Origin: Bacilli bacterium
GTDB lineage: Bacteria; Bacillota_I; Bacilli_A; RF39; UBA660
DNA length: 64,000 nt
Direction: 5' to 3'
Assembly: GCA_041655535.1 (NCBI GenBank)
Contig: JBBAFH010000001.1
Span: forward strand, 194,294-258,293
The notes beneath the pieces were generated by a model that was not told where the DNA came from, did not search any database, and was given only the letters and a program-made list of their open reading frames with translations. Positions within the stretch are counted from its first letter, which is position 1. Each line of letters opens with the position of its first letter. The position numbers were made by a program, and so were the translations under genes. This document shows, one piece after another, positions 20,414-30,618 of the stretch.

Positions 20414-21260
20414 AAACATTTTAATTTTTTTACCATTATTATTTAGTGGTAAATTACTGGAGTTTGAACAATTAAAACTGACTGTAATTGCTTTTATATC
20501 ATTTAGTTTTATGGCATCAGTTGTATATATTATAAATGATATTAGAGACAAAGAAAAAGATAAACTACATATAAAAAAGAAACTACGTCCTATTGCATCA
20601 GGTGATGTAAGTGTAACTAAAGCAGTCATCCTTGCATTAATGTTATTTGTTGCTTCAATTTCGATAAGTTTAATAAATTTCCCTGACGTAACAATATACA
20701 GTTATATGGCTTGCTTAATTTTGTATTTATTATTAAATGTTGGGTATAGTTTTGGTCTCAAAAATGTTCCATTAATGGATGTAACAATATTAGTTAGTGG
20801 ATTTTTTCTTAGAGTGTTTTATGGTGCTTTAGTTATTAATGTTAATATTTCTAACTGGTTGTATTTAACAGTAATTGCAATTTCTTTTTATATGAGTTTA
20901 GGGAAAAGAAGAAACGAAATAATTAAACAAGGAACAAATTCTAGAGAAGTGTTAAAGTATTATAATCTTAGTTTTCTTGATAAAAACATGTATATGTGCT
21001 TAGCTATAACAATTGTTTTTTATTCGTTATGGTGTGTAGATCCTACGACTGTATTAAAAACAGGACAAGCTATTATTTGGACAGTTCCACTTGTCATTTT
21101 AATCTGTATGAAATATAGTATGAATATTGAGGGTAATAGTTTAGGAGATCCAATTGATGTTATTTTTGCTGATAAGGTTCTAATGACATTAGTTCTAATT
21201 TATGGAATAATTATAGTATTATTGCTTTATTTACCAAAATTGAGCGGAATATTATTATGA
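20370..21260 (+). CDS. UbiA-family prenyltransferase, decaprenyl-phosphate 5-phosphoribosyltransferase-like
   Basis: INDIRDKEKDKLHIKKKLRPIASG matches UbiA NDxxDxxxD motif and DPPR-synthase-like RP(I/L)(A/P)SG; 8-9 TM; GGAGG RBS. Confidence 0.65.
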   Translation: MKKYIKLIRPKHYLKNILIFLPLLFSGKLLEFEQLKLTVIAFISFSFMASVVYIINDIRDKEKDKLHIKKKLRPIASGDVSVTKAVILALMLFVASISISLINFPDVTIYSYMACLILYLLLNVGYSFGLKNVPLMDVTILVSGFFLRVFYGALVINVNISNWLYLTVIAISFYMSLGKRRNEIIKQGTNSREVLKYYNLSFLDKNMYMCLAITIVFYSLWCVDPTTVLKTGQAIIWTVPLVILICMKYSMNIEGNSLGDPIDVIFADKVLMTLVLIYGIIIVLLLYLPKLSGILL

Positions 21261-21823
21261 ATGTAAATCTATATGATTTTGATGGAACTATTTATGATGG
21301 AGATTCAACGATTGACTTTTATTTATTTTGTCTAAACAAACAAATTACATTGTTAAAGTATTTACCAATACAAGTTTTATATACATTCTTCTATTTTTTA
21401 AAGATTGTTGACAAGAAAAAATGGAAAGAAAAATATTTTGTTTTTTTAAAAGGAATACATGATATTGAATATAAGATAGAATCCTTTTGGCAAATTAATC
21501 AAAATAAAATTAAAAAATGGTATATTGATAAAAACCATGAAAACGATATAATTATTTCAGCATCTCCGGAATTTTTATTGTTACCAATATCTAAAAAGTT
21601 AGATGTTTTAAAGCTAATAGGAACAGTTGTTGATCCTAAAACGGGTATATTTCTGAGTGAGAATTGTCGTGGGGAAGAAAAAGTGAAAAGGTTAAAAAAT
21701 ATATTTCCGAGTATTAAAGTAGAAGAAGCCTATACAGACACGCTTTCTGATGAACCAATAATTAAATTGGCTAGTAAGGGATACATGGTAAAAGGAAATA
21801 AAATTTATAATTTTTATAACTAA
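21257..21823 (+). CDS. HAD-superfamily hydrolase (phosphatase)
   Basis: N-terminal LYDFDGTIYDGDS (DxDGT motif); coupled to UbiA-like gene. Confidence 0.65.
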   Translation: MNVNLYDFDGTIYDGDSTIDFYLFCLNKQITLLKYLPIQVLYTFFYFLKIVDKKKWKEKYFVFLKGIHDIEYKIESFWQINQNKIKKWYIDKNHENDIIISASPEFLLLPISKKLDVLKLIGTVVDPKTGIFLSENCRGEEKVKRLKNIFPSIKVEEAYTDTLSDEPIIKLASKGYMVKGNKIYNFYN

Positions 21824-21834
21824 AGGAGATATCT

Positions 21835-22554
21835 ATGGAAAATTATATTAAAAAAGATAAAACAATATTACTTTTTTCCTATTTGTTTTTTGTTATTCCA
21901 GCAATATTATTTTTAATTGGTTGGTTTAAACTTTACATTTCTATTCCGGCTGTTATTTTATTGGTAATTGCAACATTTTTTTGTTTTAAAAATTTTAAGG
22001 TTAAAGCAGAAGATGAATATAAAAGTATATTTAAAATTAAAAAATGGATTATAGTTATCGTTTTAGTTTTAATTTTAAATATATTATCAGGTATTGGTGG
22101 TTTTGCATTTCAAAATGGAGATCATAATGCTAGGAATGCCGTTATGCATGACTTAATTGATTACAAATGGGTCACCGGCTTTATAATATTTATGTCGATA
22201 ATTCCGTTCTTTTATATTGGGCAAGGTGCGGATTTCGTTAATAGGGTATCAATTCCCATGTTAATTGTAATAATGTTTATGATTATGGAAAAAATTAATA
22301 ACTTTAATTTCAAAAAACCCATTCATCTTATGATAATTATTTATCTATTAATTTCCTCTGTAACCGCCTATAACGAAATAACTCGTACTATTTATCGTAC
22401 TGTAATGCAAAATAAATTTGATATTAATCTTAATAGAAACGATAACTGGTTGACTTACGGAAAAATAATTAGAGATGATGTAATTGTCCATTTTAAAAAT
22501 TTTTCGACACCATACGACAAGGAAAGATTTATTTTTAAATATATTTTAAAATAA
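21835..22554 (+). CDS. Membrane protein, unknown function
   Basis: 239 aa, 6 TM. Confidence 0.45.
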   Translation: MENYIKKDKTILLFSYLFFVIPAILFLIGWFKLYISIPAVILLVIATFFCFKNFKVKAEDEYKSIFKIKKWIIVIVLVLILNILSGIGGFAFQNGDHNARNAVMHDLIDYKWVTGFIIFMSIIPFFYIGQGADFVNRVSIPMLIVIMFMIMEKINNFNFKKPIHLMIIIYLLISSVTAYNEITRTIYRTVMQNKFDINLNRNDNWLTYGKIIRDDVIVHFKNFSTPYDKERFIFKYILK

Positions 22555-22570
22555 TTTATGGAGGCATTGT

Positions 22571-24148
22571 ATGAAAATAACAAACAAATTAAAAAATATA
22601 ATAATTATTTCAACTATTGGTTTAACCTCTGTAACAACATTAAGTTTCTTATCAGCGTTTTTATCATCTTTTGTTGCTTTTATTTTAATTTATAAATTTA
22701 AATTATTAGAAAGGTTTATTGATGATAATAATTATTTAATTGAAAATATTGAATATATAATAAGTTTTATTTTGACAACATATTCTATTTATTATTTTTT
22801 AACATTTTGGAGGTCTTTAAGTTCAAATATTTATATTATTCCATTTGCAGTTTTGGCCATACCTTCATTATTTGTTATATATTTAATTCTTATAAGAAAT
22901 GTATTGCCAATTATACTTAATTTTTTTCAAAACTTAAGTAAAGCCGAAAAAATATTTTTTATAGTTAGTACCGTATGTATGACTATAATAATTTTTAATA
23001 TTTATTCAAATACCAATGCTTTTTATTATCCGATTAATAAAAATACTGGTAAACCTAAACTTTATAATGTTATTTATTCTTCTGATAATGGGGGATTAAT
23101 ACGTCAGGATAGTTTTAAAAACTTTAAAGGTTCTGAAAATGATTTAAGACAACCTTTATTTGGAGTATTTTCTTTTCCGTTTGGGTTAGTATCAGAAGGT
23201 GTTGCTAGAGCAAATATTTTTTCAGGATATATTATTTCTTACTCATTTATGATAAGTTTTTTTCAAGTATTATTGTTAAGTGTGATGGCAATATTAATAA
23301 GTAGAATGGTTACTAAAAAGGATTCACTTCTTGTAATGATTTTATTTGGAATTTCATTTCCAACCATTCTGTTTGCAATTAATATTGAACAGTTTACTAT
23401 TGCAACTTTCTTTTTAATCTTACTTATTTATAATTGGGTTCAAAAAGATAAACCTAATCCCTTATTGTTTTGTATGGCATCAGGTACTTTGATAACAAGT
23501 GGAGTATTGCTACCTTTTATTTTAAAAAAGGATAAAATAAAAAAATATATACTTGAAGGTATTAAATACTGTTTAATCTTTATAATCATTATCATTGTAG
23601 TCGGCTTATTTTGTACCTTTGTTGATAATATTTTAAATTATAGTAAATTTATGAAATATATGGGCAAAGAAATTAATTTTGGTGATAAAATGTTGCAATA
23701 TATTAATTTTGTTAGTAGTTGTTTGATAACTCCTTCTGCGATGATTGAAAGACTTTCTGCTGATAATGTTTCATATCAGCTTGCTCCAGTAACATCAGTT
23801 AATATTTTGGGAATTATTATATTAATGATTGCAATTATTTCCTTTATATTAAACCGAAGTGAAAAGATAGTTCAAGTATCATTTGGTTGGATTATTTATT
23901 CTTTTATTATTTTATGTATAATGGGGTGGGGAACTAGTGAAAACGGCCTGATCTTATATGCTCTTTATTTTTCCTGGGCCTTTATTATATTAATATATAA
24001 ATTTATTCAAAAGTTGTTTGATAATGATTTAATGAGAAAAATAGTACTTAGTACTATTATAATAGGAATACTATTTATTAATACTAATGGAATTATAGAC
24101 ATTGTAAAATTTGGAATAGAATATTATCCAACAAGAAATGCGAAATGA
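22571..24148 (+). CDS. Polytopic membrane protein, possible GT-C glycosyltransferase/polymerase
   Basis: 525 aa, >12 TM. Confidence 0.45.
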   Translation: MKITNKLKNIIIISTIGLTSVTTLSFLSAFLSSFVAFILIYKFKLLERFIDDNNYLIENIEYIISFILTTYSIYYFLTFWRSLSSNIYIIPFAVLAIPSLFVIYLILIRNVLPIILNFFQNLSKAEKIFFIVSTVCMTIIIFNIYSNTNAFYYPINKNTGKPKLYNVIYSSDNGGLIRQDSFKNFKGSENDLRQPLFGVFSFPFGLVSEGVARANIFSGYIISYSFMISFFQVLLLSVMAILISRMVTKKDSLLVMILFGISFPTILFAINIEQFTIATFFLILLIYNWVQKDKPNPLLFCMASGTLITSGVLLPFILKKDKIKKYILEGIKYCLIFIIIIIVVGLFCTFVDNILNYSKFMKYMGKEINFGDKMLQYINFVSSCLITPSAMIERLSADNVSYQLAPVTSVNILGIIILMIAIISFILNRSEKIVQVSFGWIIYSFIILCIMGWGTSENGLILYALYFSWAFIILIYKFIQKLFDNDLMRKIVLSTIIIGILFINTNGIIDIVKFGIEYYPTRNAK

Positions 24149-24211
24149 TGACAAAAATAACTATGATTATGGTATAATAATCATAGTTATTTAATTTAAA
24201 GGAGTGCGTTT

Positions 24212-25150
24212 ATGAAATTATCATTTGTAGTACCTTGCTATAATGAAGAAGAAAATGTTGAATTGTTTTATAATGAAGTAGTAAAGACTATGAAGTCTAA
24301 GAAAATTAAATATGAAATAATATTTATTAATGATGGTAGTAAAGATAATACGATTGAAGTATTAAAAGGTATTGCTAAAGGATCTAAAGAGAATGTTAAA
24401 ATAATAAATTTTTCTCGTAACTTTGGTAAGGAAGCAGGTATGTATGCTGGATTAAAAGAGGCAAGCGGGGAATATGTATCAATTATTGATGCTGATTTGC
24501 AACAAAGACCTTCTACAGTATTAGAAATGTATGATATTTTAGAAGAAAATTCTAATTATGATAGTGTTGCTGCTTTTCAAGAAAAAAGAAAAGACCCATT
24601 TTTCAAAAAAATATTTTCTCAATTATTTTACAAACTAATTAATAAAATATCAGAAGTTAAATTTGTTGATGGTGCAAGTGATTTTAGATTACTTAGAAGA
24701 AACATGGTTAATGCCATAATTGATATGAGTGAATATTATCGTTTTTCTAAAGGTATATTTTCATTTGTTGGATTTAATACTTATTACATTCCGTATCAAG
24801 CAGACAAAAGAGCTCACGGAACTTCTAAATGGTCATTTTGGTCATTATTTAAATATGCCATTGAAGGCATTGTGTCTTTTACAACAGCACCACTTAGAAT
24901 TGCAACTTTCTTTGGAATTATAATATCATTATTTTCATTTGTTTATTTAATTGTGTTAGTTTGTCAAACCTTAATTTTAGGTATAGATGTTCCTGGTTAT
25001 GCATCAACTTTAGGGGCTGTATTATTTCTAGGTGGTATTCAATTATTTGCACTTGGAATAATCGGAGAATACTTAGGGAGAACTTATGTTGAATCTAAGA
25101 GAAGACCAATATATATTACAAAAGAAGTAATTGATAGTAATAAAAAATAA
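24212..25150 (+). CDS. GT2 polyprenyl-phosphate glycosyltransferase (GtrB/ArnC/DPM1-like) with C-terminal TM helices
   Basis: VVPCYNEEENV…INDGSKDNT…DADLQ motifs (DXD), two C-terminal TM. Confidence 0.8.
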   Translation: MKLSFVVPCYNEEENVELFYNEVVKTMKSKKIKYEIIFINDGSKDNTIEVLKGIAKGSKENVKIINFSRNFGKEAGMYAGLKEASGEYVSIIDADLQQRPSTVLEMYDILEENSNYDSVAAFQEKRKDPFFKKIFSQLFYKLINKISEVKFVDGASDFRLLRRNMVNAIIDMSEYYRFSKGIFSFVGFNTYYIPYQADKRAHGTSKWSFWSLFKYAIEGIVSFTTAPLRIATFFGIIISLFSFVYLIVLVCQTLILGIDVPGYASTLGAVLFLGGIQLFALGIIGEYLGRTYVESKRRPIYITKEVIDSNKK

Positions 25151-25162
25151 TTATTTTACAAT

Positions 25163-25190
25163 TTGACAAAAGGAAAAATTATGCTATAAT
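25163..25190 (+). promoter_or_regulatory. Consensus sigma-A promoter (TTGACA-16 nt-TGcTATAAT) driving the large ncRNA
   Basis: ttgaca at 25163-25168, tgctataat at 25182-25190. Confidence 0.65.
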
Positions 25191-25196
25191 GTTTAC

Positions 25197-25765
25197 TGAT
25201 TGATGGCGCATTATTCTAGTCAATTTTATTTATTGTGAAGGTGGGGCTAAAAATCCACTATAGGGCACATCTGTGAAGCTCCTGGTTCTTGCCTCTTACG
25301 CCCAGTTTGGGGTGGGAGCTGGGGGATAGGTTATTGGGCGCTCGTAATGGCATACGACAACGTTCCAATAACCGTTGAGGCCTGTTGGGGTAAACCTTTC
25401 AGGATTAAACCTATCTATGGTTAGCGCTATAGGTAGTGTAGCCTGTCTTGAGTGGGTATAGGGGATAATTGATCTACCTCTTCTGTCTTTGGCCAAGGAT
25501 GGAAGGATATTGCAATTTGAAACTATATCTGCAAAAGAGAATTAACTTTAAATAATTGGTGAGGAAAACTCCTAGAGTGTAATGTTAACATGGGATTAAA
25601 GTGTGTACTAAGTGGCAATCGAGTCATATGCTTGGCGACAGTATTTCTGTATCTTTAAAGGGGAACCGCTTTATGGTAACGTAAAGTAGATGCTGGGGAA
25701 AACCAACTCGACCTAAGGCGCAAGATTTACTATGTTAACAGCCATCTTTTTTTGAAATTTGAAAG
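25197..25765 (+). ncRNA. Large (~570 nt) GC-rich structured non-coding RNA; OLE-RNA-like candidate
   Basis: No ORF on + strand; GC content far above flanks; many local and long-range complementary segments (GTGG…CCAC, GGTTATTGG…CCAATAACC, GATAGGTT…AACCTATC); own promoter; T-run at 25756-25764; followed 8 nt later by RBS+membrane protein gene. Confidence 0.55.
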
Positions 25766-25772
25766 GTGAATT

Positions 25773-26372
25773 ATGAAATTGGATAAGTCCCAAAAAATTG
25801 AAGTCGAAAAATTTAAGAAACAAAGTAAGAAAAAAGAAACAGCAAAATCGAATTATAAATGGGTAATTCAGATTACTGTTAGTGCTTTTATTATATCTCT
25901 TCTTTTTAGTTTTATTGCAGAAGTTACTATTCCTAACGTTAATATAGTTGTTGGAATAATTTTAGTAATCCTTTTTATATTAATAGGTATTATTTTTGAT
26001 ATAATTGGAATAGCCGTAGCATCTGCTGAAATTAAACCATTTCATTCAATGAATGCTAAAAAGGTACAAGGATCAGATATTGCCATTGAACTTATAAAAA
26101 ATGCTGCTAAAGTATCGTCATTTTGTAACGATGTTGTTGGTGATATTTGCGGTATTGTTTCTGGTTCTGCAAGTGCAATGATTGCTATAACAATAGCCCA
26201 AAAATTAAATATTAATGTTGTTGTTGTTAGTTTATTAGTAACTGCCATTATTGCATCGTTAACAATTGGTGGTAAAGCTATTGGCAAAAGTTATGCAATT
26301 AATAAAAGTAGTATTATTTTATATAATTTTGGTAAGATAATTTCTTATGTTTATAAAGTTAAAAAAGATTGA
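25773..26372 (+). CDS. Small 4-TM membrane protein; OapA-like partner of upstream ncRNA (hypothesis)
   Basis: 199 aa; four predicted TM helices; RBS AAAGGTGA; immediately downstream and co-oriented with ncRNA. Confidence 0.5.
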   Translation: MKLDKSQKIEVEKFKKQSKKKETAKSNYKWVIQITVSAFIISLLFSFIAEVTIPNVNIVVGIILVILFILIGIIFDIIGIAVASAEIKPFHSMNAKKVQGSDIAIELIKNAAKVSSFCNDVVGDICGIVSGSASAMIAITIAQKLNINVVVVSLLVTAIIASLTIGGKAIGKSYAINKSSIILYNFGKIISYVYKVKKD

Positions 26373-26444
26373 TTTTGGTTGACTATCAATTTTTTTTATT
26401 GTATAATTATAATAGTAGTAATGATTACTACATTGAGGTGATTT

Positions 26445-26834
26445 ATGAGATATTCAAGACAACGCGAATTAATTTTAACGTATGTTCAAAATTGTGATGA
26501 TCATCCAACCGCTGATATGGTATACAAACGAGTTCGAAAAATTATACCTAATATTAGTTTAGGAACGGTATATCGGAATTTAAATCAATTATGTGAACTC
26601 AATTTAATTAGGAAGATTGTTTTTCCAAATAAAATTGATCGTTTTGATAAGGTTCATCATGATCATGGACACATTTATTGTAGTAATTGTGGCCGTGTCG
26701 AAGATATTGGTAAGGAATTATTAGTATCAGCATACGATGAAATTGAAGATCGAACTGATTTTCGAATATTATCACACGATGTTGTGTTTGCTGGAATATG
26801 CGATAAATGCCTAGGTAGAAAGGAAAGATTATAA
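26445..26834 (+). CDS. Fur-family transcriptional regulator (PerR-like)
   Basis: HTH N-terminus, HHDH and C-x2-C…C-x2-C metal sites. Confidence 0.75.
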   Translation: MRYSRQRELILTYVQNCDDHPTADMVYKRVRKIIPNISLGTVYRNLNQLCELNLIRKIVFPNKIDRFDKVHHDHGHIYCSNCGRVEDIGKELLVSAYDEIEDRTDFRILSHDVVFAGICDKCLGRKERL

Positions 26835-26835
26835 T

Positions 26836-27378
26836 ATGGAATTAAAAGGAACTAAAACAGAACAAAATTTAATGACAGCTTTTGCTGGAGAAACTCAAGC
26901 AAGAACTAAGTACAATTATTATGCATCTGCTGCTAAAAAGGAAGGTTACGAGCAAATTGCTGCAATCTTTGATGAAACAGCTAACAATGAAAAAGAACAT
27001 GCTAAAATATGGTTTAAATTACTTCATGGTGGAACCGTTCCTCATACTGAAGAAAACTTATTAGATGCTGCTATGGGTGAAAATTATGAATGGACAGAAA
27101 TGTACAATGAATTTGCTAAAGTAGCTAGAGAAGAAGGATTTGAAAATATTGCTAATCTATTTGATGGAGTTGCTAAAATTGAAAAAGAACATGAAGATAG
27201 ATATAGAGTATTATTAGAAAACGTTAAAGAAAAGAAAGTTTTTGAAAAAGGTGAAGAAAAGGTTTGGGTCTGTCGTAACTGTGGACACATTCATGTAGGA
27301 AACAAAGCTTTAGATTTATGCCCTGTATGTAACCATCCAAAAGCATTTTTTGAAGAAAAGGCTGAGAACTATTTATAA
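26836..27378 (+). CDS. rbr: Rubrerythrin
   Basis: Ferritin-like diiron E…ExxH repeats plus C-terminal rubredoxin CxxC…CxxC (CRNCGHIH…CPVCNH). Confidence 0.85.
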   Translation: MELKGTKTEQNLMTAFAGETQARTKYNYYASAAKKEGYEQIAAIFDETANNEKEHAKIWFKLLHGGTVPHTEENLLDAAMGENYEWTEMYNEFAKVAREEGFENIANLFDGVAKIEKEHEDRYRVLLENVKEKKVFEKGEEKVWVCRNCGHIHVGNKALDLCPVCNHPKAFFEEKAENYL

Positions 27379-27443
27379 GAAAATTAAAACATCATTTGAT
27401 GTTTTTTTTTGTTATATGATGTATAATGTGTTTGGGTGATAAT

Positions 27444-28673
27444 ATGGATGATAAATTAAAAGAAGCTTTAGAACTAGAACACATAAGACAAACGAATAAT
27501 ATCGAACTAATAGCTTCTGAAAACTATGTATCAAAAGCAGTTTTAAAATTACAAGGAAGTATTTTAACTAACAAATATGCTGAAGGATATCCTGGTAAAA
27601 GATATTATGGTGGTTGTGAGTATATTGATATTTTTGAAAATAAGGCTATTGAATATGCTAAAGAATTATTTGGATGTAAATATGCTAATGTTCAACCACA
27701 TTCTGGTAGTAGTGCGAATATGGCTGTTTATAAAGCGTTATTAAATATTGGTGATAAAGTAATGGGAATGAATCTAAGTCATGGAGGTCACTTAACACAT
27801 GGACATCCAATTAATTTTAGTGGAATTGACTATGATATTGTTTATTATAATGTTGATCCGAAAACTGAAATGATTGATTATGAAGAGTTAATAAATTTAG
27901 CTAAAACAGAAAAACCAAAATTAATAATAGCAGGTGCTAGTGCATATTCTAGAATAATTGATTTTCAAAAATTTAGAGAGGCAGCTGATAGTTGTGGTGC
28001 ATATTTAATGGTTGATATGGCTCATATTGCGGGATTAGTAGCCGCTGGGCTTCATCCAAATCCAATTCCTTATGCTGATGTTGTTACAACTACCACTCAT
28101 AAAACATTAAGGGGTCCTAGAGGCGGCTTAATTTTAACAAATAATGAAGAAATAGCTAAAAAAATAGATAAAATTATTTTCCCAGGTATTCAAGGAGGAC
28201 CATTAATGCATGTCATAGGTGCTAAAGCACAATGTTTTTATGAAGCATTACAACCTTCATTTATTGAATATCAAACCCAAGTGTTAAAAAATATTTTTGT
28301 TTTATCTAAAACATTAAAAGAACAAGGATTTAAGATAATATCTGGTGGTACAGATAATCATTTAATATTAGTCGATGTTAAAAGTACATTAGATATAAGT
28401 GGTCGTGAAGCTGAAAAGATTTTAGATAACATTAATATAACTGTAAATAAAAATACGATTCCCTATGATACTGAAAGTCCTTTTAAAACAAGTGGTATCA
28501 GACTGGGAAGCCCAGCTATGACAAGTCGTGGACTTAAAGAAAATGATTTTAAAGAAATCGGATTAATTATTGCTAAGGCTTTAAAAAATCGAGAAAATAG
28601 CGAATTATTAAATGATTTAAAAGAAGAAGTATTAAAGCTTACTAGCAAATTTCCAATAACGGAGGAATTATGA
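27444..28673 (+). CDS. glyA: Serine hydroxymethyltransferase
   Basis: Start at MDDKLKEAL after GGGTGA RBS (ORF track 27426); …SHGGHLTHG…[14 protein letters not shown]… PLP-lysine region. Confidence 0.9.
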   Translation: MDDKLKEALELEHIRQTNNIELIASENYVSKAVLKLQGSILTNKYAEGYPGKRYYGGCEYIDIFENKAIEYAKELFGCKYANVQPHSGSSANMAVYKALLNIGDKVMGMNLSHGGHLTHGHPINFSGIDYDIVYYNVDPKTEMIDYEELINLAKTEKPKLIIAGASAYSRIIDFQKFREAADSCGAYLMVDMAHIAGLVAAGLHPNPIPYADVVTTTTHKTLRGPRGGLILTNNEEIAKKIDKIIFPGIQGGPLMHVIGAKAQCFYEALQPSFIEYQTQVLKNIFVLSKTLKEQGFKIISGGTDNHLILVDVKSTLDISGREAEKILDNINITVNKNTIPYDTESPFKTSGIRLGSPAMTSRGLKENDFKEIGLIIAKALKNRENSELLNDLKEEVLKLTSKFPITEEL

Positions 28674-29515
28674 ATAAAATAATTGATGGTAAGAAGATAA
28701 GTCTTGAAATAAACGAAGAATTAAAGCAGGAAGTAAAAACTTTTAAAACAAAGCCAGGATTAGTAGTGATTCAAGTTGGCGATGATAGTGCCAGTAATGT
28801 ATATGTTAAATCTAAACAAAAAGCAGCAAATGAAGTTGGAATTAATTTCTTACATATAAAATATGAGAATAATATTACTGAAGAAGAAATAATTTTAAAA
28901 ATTAAAGAACTAAATAATGATTCTAATATTAATGGAATTATTGTTCAATTACCAATTCCAAAAGAACTGAATGAAAAAAAGATTATTAATTCAATTGATG
29001 ATTTAAAAGATGTTGATGGATTAACGTATAAAAACATTGGTAAACTCGCTTCAAACACATCTGGATTAATATCTTGTACTCCATTAGGAATAATGGAGTT
29101 ATTAAACAGATATAACGTTAAAATAAGTAAAAAACATGTGGTTATAGTTGGAAGAAGTAATCTAGTTGGGAAACCATTAATTAACTTGTTTTTGAATAAG
29201 GATGCTACAGTTACAATATGTCATTCTAAAACAGATGATTTAAAAAAATATACAAAAATGGCGGATATTTTAGTAGTAGCAGTTGGTAAAAAAGATTTGA
29301 TAACTGCAGATATGGTAAAGGATAATGCCATTATTATAGATGTTGGTATAAATAAAGTCGATAATAAATTATATGGGGACGTTGATTTTGAAGAAGTGTA
29401 CAAAAAAGCTTCACTAATTACACCTGTACCAGGTGGAGTTGGTCCTATGACCGTTGCAATGCTTTTAAAAAACACAATAATTAGTTATAAAATAATGAAT
29501 ACCAGTAAATACTAA
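28670..29515 (+). CDS. folD: Bifunctional methylenetetrahydrofolate dehydrogenase/cyclohydrolase
   Basis: …[10 protein letters not shown]…[14 protein letters not shown]…[15 protein letters not shown]. Confidence 0.9.
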   Translation: MNKIIDGKKISLEINEELKQEVKTFKTKPGLVVIQVGDDSASNVYVKSKQKAANEVGINFLHIKYENNITEEEIILKIKELNNDSNINGIIVQLPIPKELNEKKIINSIDDLKDVDGLTYKNIGKLASNTSGLISCTPLGIMELLNRYNVKISKKHVVIVGRSNLVGKPLINLFLNKDATVTICHSKTDDLKKYTKMADILVVAVGKKDLITADMVKDNAIIIDVGINKVDNKLYGDVDFEEVYKKASLITPVPGGVGPMTVAMLLKNTIISYKIMNTSKY

Positions 29516-29529
29516 TACTGGTGAAATTT

Positions 29530-30315
29530 ATGAAAGAAATATTATTTACAGGTGCAAGAAGTGGTATCGCACATTCAGTTATTAAAAAATTATTAACTCA
29601 AGATTATAAAATACATGTAACAGTTCATACCGATAAACAATTAGAACTAGTCAAAAATACTTATAACGGCTATGAAAATATTAATTGTTTTAAGTTAGAT
29701 ATTACTAATGAAGAAGACCTTAAGAAATTAGAAGACTTGGATATTGATATATTAGTAAATAATGCCGCTTTAGGAACTGGTGGTTCAATAGCAGAAATTC
29801 CTATTGAATTAGTCAGAGAAAGTTTTGAAGTAAACGTTATTTCAAATTTTAGAGTTGTCCAAATAGTCTTAAAGAAAATGATGAAAAAAGGTGAGGGTAG
29901 AGTCATTATGATGTCTTCACTAGCTAGACTATTACCCTATGATTTTTTAGGAGTTTATAGTGCAACCAAGGCATCAATTAGCACGTTAACCTACACTTTA
30001 AGAAACGAATTAAATCTGCTAGATAATAATATTAAAATTATTTTGATTGAACCAGGAGCTTATTATACTGGGTTTAATCAAGTAATGCTTGATAATAAAT
30101 ATAAATGGATGTATAAAAATAGTTATTTTGATAGTTGTATTGATAAAATACGTGAACGAGAAAATGATTTTTTTAATACTGTCGAAAAAATAAATTTAAA
30201 TTCAATCGCTAATAAAATTGAAAAAGCTATTACTTGTGATGAACCAAAATTCCTTTATAGAGCACCATTTTGTCAAACAGTTATTTCTAAAATATTAAAT
30301 TTTATCGTTTTTTAA
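29530..30315 (+). CDS. Short-chain dehydrogenase/reductase (SDR) family oxidoreductase
   Basis: TGARSGIA Rossmann motif; NNAA; YSATKAS catalytic YxxxK. Confidence 0.8.
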   Translation: MKEILFTGARSGIAHSVIKKLLTQDYKIHVTVHTDKQLELVKNTYNGYENINCFKLDITNEEDLKKLEDLDIDILVNNAALGTGGSIAEIPIELVRESFEVNVISNFRVVQIVLKKMMKKGEGRVIMMSSLARLLPYDFLGVYSATKASISTLTYTLRNELNLLDNNIKIILIEPGAYYTGFNQVMLDNKYKWMYKNSYFDSCIDKIRERENDFFNTVEKINLNSIANKIEKAITCDEPKFLYRAPFCQTVISKILNFIVF

Positions 30316-30378
30316 TAAAAAGGTATCAAAATACTTGCTTTTAGTAAGTATTTTTGTTATCATTAGTTTATCTTAATT

Positions 30379-30455
30379 GGCGATGTAGCTCAGCTGGCTA
30401 GAGCGTCCGGTTCATACCCGGAAGGTCGGGGGTTCGATCCCCTCCGTCGCTACCA
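30379..30455 (+). tRNA. tRNA-Met (anticodon CAT; could alternatively be lysidine-modified tRNA-Ile2)
   Basis: Cloverleaf: acceptor GGCGATG/CGTCGCT (two G-U), D-arm GCTC-AGCTGGCTA-GAGC, anticodon stem TCCGG/CCGGA with loop TTCATAC, T-arm GGGGG-TTCGATC-CCCTC, encoded CCA. Confidence 0.85.
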
Positions 30456-30467
30456 TTTAAGAAATTT

Positions 30468-30495
30468 AAACCCTTTAATAGGGTTTTTTTATTTT
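30468..30495 (+). terminator. Rho-independent terminator after tRNA
   Basis: aaaccctt-taat-agggttt followed by T7. Confidence 0.8.
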
Positions 30496-30618
30496 TAAAA
30501 ATTTAATGATTATTTAAAGTATAAATTATAACAAAATTTATAATAAAAGTTTAATTTGTTTAATAATTTTAATGATATTGATAAATTATAGTAATTAATG
30601 TACAATTTAAATATGTAG

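Noticed and set aside
25296-25496. 66-aa minus-strand ORF (MAKDRRGRS…)
   Set aside because: Lies inside the GC-rich structured RNA region; Pro/Arg-rich composition is the expected artefact of translating GC-rich RNA antisense; no RBS
25197-25765. ncRNA considered as RNase P RNA or tmRNA
   Set aside because: Lacks GGAAAGUCC / ACAGAAUG / AGGGCAG RNase P boxes, and lacks a tmRNA tag reading frame and tRNA-like 3' end with CCA; only a short GGGGTAAACC coincidence
26042-26287. 81-aa antisense ORF within the 4-TM protein gene
   Set aside because: Antisense to a better-supported gene; no start context
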